Shown here: piece after piece, positions 58,748 to 64,000 of the stretch
Position numbering within the stretch: the stretch's first letter is position 1
Layout of the letters: each line of letters opens with the position of its first letter
Assembly: GCA_927439865.1 (NCBI GenBank)
Contig: CAKMKD010000021.1
Span: 2,522 to 66,521 of the forward strand
Reading direction: 5' to 3'
DNA from: an uncultured Coriobacteriia bacterium
GTDB taxonomy: Bacteria > Actinomycetota > Coriobacteriia > Anaerosomatales > Anaerosomataceae
Length of the DNA: 64,000 nt
The notes under the pieces: generated by a model
Seen by the model: the letters and a program-made list of their open reading frames with translations, nothing else
The model's database searches: none
Told to the model about the DNA's origin: nothing
Position numbers and translations under genes: made by a program

Positions 58748-58798
58748 GAGCGATGTGTCTGCTGTCGGGTCAGGCCCGGCAGGAAGGAATGGATAGCG

Positions 58799-61700
58799 AT
58801 GCCGGTATTGAGCGCGCGGGTTGAGTCAGGGTTGAGGGACATCTTCGGCGACCGGATGCGGACCGATCGGGTTGAACGGAAGCTCTACTCGGCAGACATC
58901 GGGTCGCTACCCAAACTCGTGAAGCCTCTGATGCCGACCGGTGTCGCCGGAGCCGTCGTGCGGCCGAAGACTGAAGAGGAAATTGTCGCTCTCGTCCGGC
59001 TTGCCCGTGCCGAGAAGGTAAGCATCGTGCCTCGCGGGATGTCCACTTCGGGTTACGGTGGCGTCCTGCCGCTGCCCGGCGCGATCGTTGCCGACATCTC
59101 CGGCATGGGAAAGCTTCTCGAGATCGATCACGCCGCCAAGACAGCTCGCGTACAGGCGGGTGCGCTCTGGGAACCGCTCCAGAAGACCTTGAACGCCGAA
59201 GGGTTGGATCTGCGCGTGTACCCCTCGTCCCTGCCGTCATCGACCGTAGCCGGATGGCTTGCGCAGGGTGGCGCCGGGTTCGGCTCTTTCGAGTACGGCT
59301 TCTTCAAGGACAGCGTTCTTGCGGCGCGTGTTGTCGGACCCGACGGAACGGTCACCACATTCACGGGCGTCGAGCTTGAGACGCTTGTTGCCGATGCCGA
59401 GGGAATCACCGGCATCATTACCGAGGTGACCATCGCGCTTCGCGATCTTGAACCTGAGGTGCACCGCGTTCTCACGTTTCCGGTGATTGCTGACTTGCAG
59501 GCCGCTCTGAACGCCATCTCGGTGCAGAAGCTCCCGATCTGGTCGCTCACGTTCCTCAACCCGGAATCGGTACGGCTGAAGCGAACCATTCCGCACCGCC
59601 ACGGTCACCCCTGGGAGATGCGCCACCCCGGCTATGAGCCCGAACTGCCCGAGGCATTCATCGTTGTGATCGCGTACCCCGGTTCCCGACGTGGCGCGAT
59701 TGATACCGCGCTAGGAGCCATTCTCTCGGCGAACAACGGCAGCGAGCTCGACGCTCAGGCCGCGGAGCACGAGTGGGAGCAGCGTTTCGCGCCGATGCGC
59801 CTGAAGCGCGTCGGGCCGTCGATCGTTCCTACTGAGGTCGTCGTTCCGCTTGAGGAACTCGGCGCTGTGCTCGGCGAGATCGACACACGCGTCAAGCAGC
59901 CGTTCGTGCTCGAAGGGATGCTCGGCAAGGGCGACAAGGTCGTGCTGCTCGGGTTCATCCCGCACGACGAGCGCTCCCTGGCGTTCAACCTCGCGTTCGC
60001 GCTGTCGCTTGTTGTCATCAAGATCGCGAAGCAGCATCACGGCGGTGCGTACTCCACCGGGCTCTTCTTCCGTCAGGAGGCCAAGAGCGTTCTCGGCGAG
60101 AAGAAGTATCGGGCACTGGAGGAGTACAAGCGCGCGAACGATCCCGAGAACGTGATGAATCCCAAGAAAGTCCTCGGCACGGGCGCAATAAACGCGCTCA
60201 TGGGCGCTGCGCTTGCGTTCGAACCACTGGTGCGGCCGATCGCCAATGCGGCGAAGGCTCCGACCGGTGATATGGTCGGCGCCAAGGACAAGAACGGTAT
60301 ACCTGCTGATGTCGCCTTCTACAGCTATGCGTGCGCGCAGTGTGGCTACTGCGTGCCCACATGCGAGGAGTACAGCGTTCGCGGATGGATGTCGCATTCG
60401 CCGAGAGGCAAGTACCTCTATCTGCGTGAGGTCATCGAGGGCCGGGAAAAGTTCGACCAGCACATGGTCGATACGTTCCTGGTGTGTACGACCTGCGAGG
60501 TCTGCAACACGCGATGCCAGCTGCAACTGCCGGTGGAGCACTCATGGATGACCATGCGAGGCAAACTGATCCAGGATGAGGGCCGAATGACCTTCCCGCC
60601 ATTCGAGATGATGGCTGCGTCGCTGCGTGGTGAGCTCAACATCTGGGCGGCGAAGAGGGAGAAGCGCGCAGACTGGGTGCCCGAGCACATCAAGCCCAAG
60701 ATCGATGAGACCTCCGACATCCTGTACTTCGCCGGATGCACGGCAAGCTTCGTGAACACCGATGTTGCACAGGCTTCTGTCGAGCTGTTGGACAGGGCCG
60801 GCGTGAAGTTCAACTACATGGGTGAAGATGAGGCGTGCTGTGGCATCCCGATGAAGGTCGCAGGGCGGTGGGACACGTTTGAGGAGATCTACCTGCATAA
60901 CACGTCCGAGGCACGCAAACGTGGCGCGAAGACGATCGTGACCTCGTGTCCGGCATGTGGCCTGGTCTGGAAGGAACTTTACGCGAACCTTGCCGCCGAG
61001 CGCGGTGACGAGTACGAGTTCGAGGTGAAGCACTACTCGGAGCTTGTGGCTGACGCTATCGCCGACGGGTCGCTTGTGTTCGATCACGAGGTAAACAAGA
61101 AGCTGACCTTCCACGACTCGTGTCATATGGGCCGTGCTCAAGGCAACTACGAGCCGCCGCGGGATCTTATCAAGGCCATCCCTGGAGTCGAGTTCGTGGA
61201 GATGGAGCATCACCACGAGGACGCCCTGTGCTGCGGTTCGGTTCTGACGCTCATCGGCGAAACACCGGTGGCGCCGGAGCTTGGCAAAATGCGCCTTGAT
61301 GAGGCGGTCGCGGTTGAGGCGGACGCCATGGTTGCGCTCTGCCCCTGCTGCCAGGTCCAGTTCCGCGACTCGATCGCCAAGAAGGACATCCCGATGGAGG
61401 TCGTCGACCTCGCGCATCTGGCAATGGACGGCCTCGGCATAGCGCATCCGGATCCATCGGCATACGCGAATGAGATGTGGGGCTATTTCGAGAAGTTCAT
61501 CTGGCTAATGAAGCCGGAGTCGATCACCGACATCATGGTCACCCTGCTCCCGGAGATGATGAAGGCGATGCCAACGGGCATGCTCCCGATGATGAAGGCG
61601 GCGCGTGCGGTCCCCGGCGGCCTTGCGGCGATGGGCGCCATGATGCCCGCGATGATGCCGAAGATGTTGCCCGCGATGATGCCGAAGGTCATGCCTGCCA

Positions 61701-61870
61701 TGCTGGTCGAGGTGTCGAGGCGCGTCGGTCCTCTGCCCGAGGACATGGAAGCGCTCATGCCCTCGCTGCTCCCTGAGACGATGGACGCGCTGCTGCCCAA
61801 CATGCTGCCGCTCATCATGGACGACTTCGTACCGAAGATGCTGGAGTACGTGAAGAACGAATTGAAGTAG
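58799..61870 (+). CDS. Fusion oxidoreductase: FAD-binding (GlcD/PCMH-type) dehydrogenase + 2x[4Fe-4S] + 2x CCG (HdrD/GlcF-like) domains + Met/Pro-rich C-terminal module
   Basis: FAD_binding_4 region (VVRPKTEEEIVALVRLA...PRGMSTSGYGG). CxxCxxCxxxC motifs CAQCGYCVPTC and CTTCEVCNTRC. CCG motifs (CCGIPM, CCGSV, CPCCQ). ATG 58799 follows AGGAAGGAA. The ORF-track start at 58613 runs through the promoter and operators. Confidence 0.8.
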   Translation: MPVLSARVESGLRDIFGDRMRTDRVERKLYSADIGSLPKLVKPLMPTGVAGAVVRPKTEEEIVALVRLARAEKVSIVPRGMSTSGYGGVLPLPGAIVADISGMGKLLEIDHAAKTARVQAGALWEPLQKTLNAEGLDLRVYPSSLPSSTVAGWLAQGGAGFGSFEYGFFKDSVLAARVVGPDGTVTTFTGVELETLVADAEGITGIITEVTIALRDLEPEVHRVLTFPVIADLQAALNAISVQKLPIWSLTFLNPESVRLKRTIPHRHGHPWEMRHPGYEPELPEAFIVVIAYPGSRRGAIDTALGAILSANNGSELDAQAAEHEWEQRFAPMRLKRVGPSIVPTEVVVPLEELGAVLGEIDTRVKQPFVLEGMLGKGDKVVLLGFIPHDERSLAFNLAFALSLVVIKIAKQHHGGAYSTGLFFRQEAKSVLGEKKYRALEEYKRANDPENVMNPKKVLGTGAINALMGAALAFEPLVRPIANAAKAPTGDMVGAKDKNGIPADVAFYSYACAQCGYCVPTCEEYSVRGWMSHSPRGKYLYLREVIEGREKFDQHMVDTFLVCTTCEVCNTRCQLQLPVEHSWMTMRGKLIQDEGRMTFPPFEMMAASLRGELNIWAAKREKRADWVPEHIKPKIDETSDILYFAGCTASFVNTDVAQASVELLDRAGVKFNYMGEDEACCGIPMKVAGRWDTFEEIYLHNTSEARKRGAKTIVTSCPACGLVWKELYANLAAERGDEYEFEVKHYSELVADAIADGSLVFDHEVNKKLTFHDSCHMGRAQGNYEPPRDLIKAIPGVEFVEMEHHHEDALCCGSVLTLIGETPVAPELGKMRLDEAVAVEADAMVALCPCCQVQFRDSIAKKDIPMEVVDLAHLAMDGLGIAHPDPSAYANEMWGYFEKFIWLMKPESITDIMVTLLPEMMKAMPTGMLPMMKAARAVPGGLAAMGAMMPAMMPKMLPAMMPKVMPAMLVEVSRRVGPLPEDMEALMPSLLPETMDALLPNMLPLIMDDFVPKMLEYVKNELK

Positions 61871-61934
61871 TTCGCCCGCCACCGAGAGCGCACAAACGGA
61901 GGGCGACGGCTTCAAATGGCGTCGTCCTTCGTGT

Positions 61935-62669
61935 ATGAGTGTACTGTGTAACTTACAGGCAACCACGCCGAAGGGCGGGCTCGTGCAGCAGGAACCCATC
62001 ATTGGCAAGCTGAGATCGTTCCCGATGTTCTCGGATCTGTCTGCTGACGATCTGTCGGCTCTTGCTGCCATGGTGACCCTGCGCCAATTCCCCAAAGGCT
62101 CGTTCGTGATATCCCAGAACGACAAGGGCTCGGTCATGTACTTGCTGGTTGCGGGCAGGGTGAAGGTGTCTCTCGCATCGCCGGAAGGTAAGGAGCTGGC
62201 CCTCAATTACCTTGAGGCGCCGTCCCACTTCGGCGAGATGAGCCTTGTTGACGCGGAACCTCGCTCGGCAGACGTCATCGCGGTTACCGACGTCGAGGTG
62301 CTGAGTCTCGACGCGAAGGATCTCTCGGCAGCGATTCAGGTGCAACCGAAGCTGGCGCTCACGCTCATCGCGACGCTGTCGCGCAGGGTGCGCAACCTCA
62401 TCGGACGCCTTGAGGATATGGCGTTCCACGATGCGACGCATCGCGTGATGAGGGTGCTGCTCAACGTTGCGACGGCGTCGTATGAAGCGCGCGGTGTGCC
62501 GGTCGTTGAGGGGCTCACACACTACGAGGTCGCCACGCTTGCCGGTACCTCGCGCGAGACTGCAAGCCGGGTCATCTCGCAACTCGCCAAAGATGGAGTC
62601 GTGGGAACGAAGGGTCGCCGGGTTATCGTCGACCTCTTCGCGCTCCGGGACCGGATCGAGCACGACTAG
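61935..62669 (+). CDS. Crp/Fnr-family transcriptional regulator
   Basis: cNMP-binding-like beta roll (FGEMSLVDAEPRSADVIA) and C-terminal HTH (ATLAGTSRETASRVISQL). No FNR-type N-terminal Cys cluster. GTG 61983 is an alternative start. Confidence 0.85.
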   Translation: MSVLCNLQATTPKGGLVQQEPIIGKLRSFPMFSDLSADDLSALAAMVTLRQFPKGSFVISQNDKGSVMYLLVAGRVKVSLASPEGKELALNYLEAPSHFGEMSLVDAEPRSADVIAVTDVEVLSLDAKDLSAAIQVQPKLALTLIATLSRRVRNLIGRLEDMAFHDATHRVMRVLLNVATASYEARGVPVVEGLTHYEVATLAGTSRETASRVISQLAKDGVVGTKGRRVIVDLFALRDRIEHD

Positions 62670-62808
62670 CAACTGCCGCAAGTCCGTTGGGCGTCTTATT
62701 TCGACCTTTCGTCTGCTCAGCCGTCACACAGTGATGTGAGTCACTCCTATGCGTCGCGCTCGTCCCGATACTCGGACACAAGGAACCGAGCGCTGGGAGG
62801 TGGGCGTG

Positions 62809-63171
62809 ATGTCGGGACGTGTCAGGGCTTGTGTGTCGCTTGCCTTCGCAGTTCTCATCGGTGCGGCGTTTGTTGCTCCTGCAGTCGCGGTTCCGGCGGA
62901 CGCGGTCGTGGTTTCCCAAAAGACCGAGACCGTCAGCGGCGTCGAGCTCGTCTCTCAGGTGCTCAGCAATCTCGACAAAGTCGCGCTCGGAGCCAACGGC
63001 GCGACCGTCACCCTAGATGTCGACGGTCAACCGCACGACATCGCACTCGATCTGGGCGATGCCGTGCAGGGCGGCGTTGGTTCTCGCGGACTTGGCGGGC
63101 TGGCCGTCGTGGCGGCAGTGGCTGCAGGGCTCTTCAAGGGAGCGGCCATGCTGGTTCGCGCTATGCGGTGA
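62809..63171 (+). CDS. Small secreted hypothetical protein with C-terminal hydrophobic/basic tail
   Basis: ATG after GGGAGGTGGG. Signal peptide ...FVAPAVAVPADA. C-terminus is GLGGLAVVAAVAAGLFKGAAMLVRAMR. Confidence 0.5.
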   Translation: MSGRVRACVSLAFAVLIGAAFVAPAVAVPADAVVVSQKTETVSGVELVSQVLSNLDKVALGANGATVTLDVDGQPHDIALDLGDAVQGGVGSRGLGGLAVVAAVAAGLFKGAAMLVRAMR

Positions 63172-63233
63172 ACAGGCCGAGCTCAGATGGGAATACTCAC
63201 ATGGACAGTCCGTGAAGCGTCCAGGAGGTTGCG

Positions 63234-63461
63234 ATGAAGGAGTTCACGCTCGAAGACCTTAAGCAGTTCGACGGCCAGGAGGGCCGCCCTGCGTACGTCG
63301 CATACAAGGGTATGGTCTACGATCTCACCGAGAGCTCGATGTGGATCGACGGGGATCACGAAGGTATGCACGCTGCCGGGGGCGACCTGACTGCTGACCA
63401 TGACGATGCTCCGCACGATGAGCACGTGCTCGACTTCCCCGAGGTGGGCAAGCTCGTCTAG
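63234..63461 (+). CDS. Cytochrome b5-like heme/steroid-binding domain protein
   Basis: FTLEDLKQFDGQEGRPAYVAYKGMVYDLTES pattern, 75 aa. RBS AGGAGG. Confidence 0.65.
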   Translation: MKEFTLEDLKQFDGQEGRPAYVAYKGMVYDLTESSMWIDGDHEGMHAAGGDLTADHDDAPHDEHVLDFPEVGKLV

Positions 63462-64000
63462 TTATCCCGGGTGAGCGTTGCCACTGTCTCGACGTGATAC
63501 GTCTGCGGGAACAAGTCGACGGCGCTCACGGTGCTCAAGCGGTATCCCGATTCGGCGAACGTCCGGATGTCGCGGGCGAGGGTCGTGGGGTCGCACGAAA
63601 CGTAGACGATCGTTTGAGGGTGGGCCTCCATAAGGGCCCGCCCCGCGCGTTCCGAGAGCCCCGCCCTCGGCGGGTCGACCACGACGGTGTCGACGCCTTC
63701 GAGTTCCTCGGCGATGCGACCCGCGTCCCCGGGCATGATGTCGGCCTCAAGTCCAGCAGCGTCCAGATTGCGGCGCAGGTCCGATAGCGCGTGCGAGGAT
63801 GACTCCACGGCGACCACCTCGCATGCAGCGGCGGCGAGTGGCAGCGTGAAGGTGCCGACTCCCGCGTAGAGGTCCGCTACGAGCGTGGTACCATCTGCAC
63901 CGACCGCCGAGAGGACTGCCGCCTGCAGGAGCTCGGCGGCCCGGGTGTTCACCTGGAAGAAGGACGGCGCCGAGACGAGATAGTCGTAGCCACCGAGCTT
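63458..64000 (-). CDS. TrmA/RumA-family SAM-dependent RNA (uracil-5)-methyltransferase, C-terminal part (5' end outside window)
   Basis: Frame is open to base 64000. Motifs FFQVN, DLYAGVGTF, VVDPPRAG, and the catalytic region YVSCDPTTLARD. Confidence 0.85.
   Translation of the reverse strand, partial: KLGGYDYLVSAPSFFQVNTRAAELLQAAVLSAVGADGTTLVADLYAGVGTFTLPLAAAACEVVAVESSSHALSDLRRNLDAAGLEADIMPGDAGRIAEELEGVDTVVVDPPRAGLSERAGRALMEAHPQTIVYVSCDPTTLARDIRTFAESGYRLSTVSAVDLFPQTYHVETVATLTRDN

Overview
Visibly GC-rich chromosomal window that looks like core genome. I found no rRNA, CRISPR array, transposase or integrase. The left end carries the gene order yvcK-whiA-gap-pgk-tpiA-(gpmI)-secG, which from memory is typical of Actinobacteria. 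It is followed by a peptide/nickel-type ABC importer, four tRNAs (Leu, Cys, Gly, Val), a UbiD/UbiA/UbiX prenyl-quinone trio, RNase D, xseAB and acs. It also holds a group-1-type membrane-bound [NiFe] hydrogenase operon (small subunit, large subunit, cytochrome b, maturation protease). Signal-transduction genes are dense: rpoN with a cognate histidine kinase and sigma-54 activator, two GAF-PP2C sensor phosphatases, a fused STAS/anti-sigma-kinase protein, an OmpR-type two-component pair, a Crp/Fnr regulator and a stand-alone cNMP-binding protein. Four observations deserve follow-up. (1) The hydrogenase large subunit stops at a TGA sitting exactly on the first Cys of the C-terminal DPCxxCxxH nickel motif, and a SECIS-like hairpin follows it. 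It is most likely a [NiFeSe] selenoprotein whose last 27 codons are missed by a plain ORF call. (2) A family of ATACCCC(C)-N-GGGGGTAT palindromes lies inside sigma-70-like promoters at four loci spread over 38 kb: trxA-DUF302, the CsoR-family repressor/CDF divergent pair, ccdA, and a large FAD/Fe-S/CCG oxidoreductase. The CsoR-family repressor encoded here has Ser where the Cu-ligand His should be (C-x-C, CstR-like). That suggests a thiol/persulfide regulon rather than a classical copper regulon. (3) A near-consensus sigma-54 promoter lies directly downstream of the rpoN-kinase-activator cluster, forming a compact self-contained sigma-54 module in a lineage usually described as lacking sigma-54. 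(4) The FAD/Fe-S/CCG oxidoreductase ends in a roughly 130-residue tail that is about 20% Met and built from M-M/L-P repeats. All functional calls come from motif recognition by eye. No database search was run.
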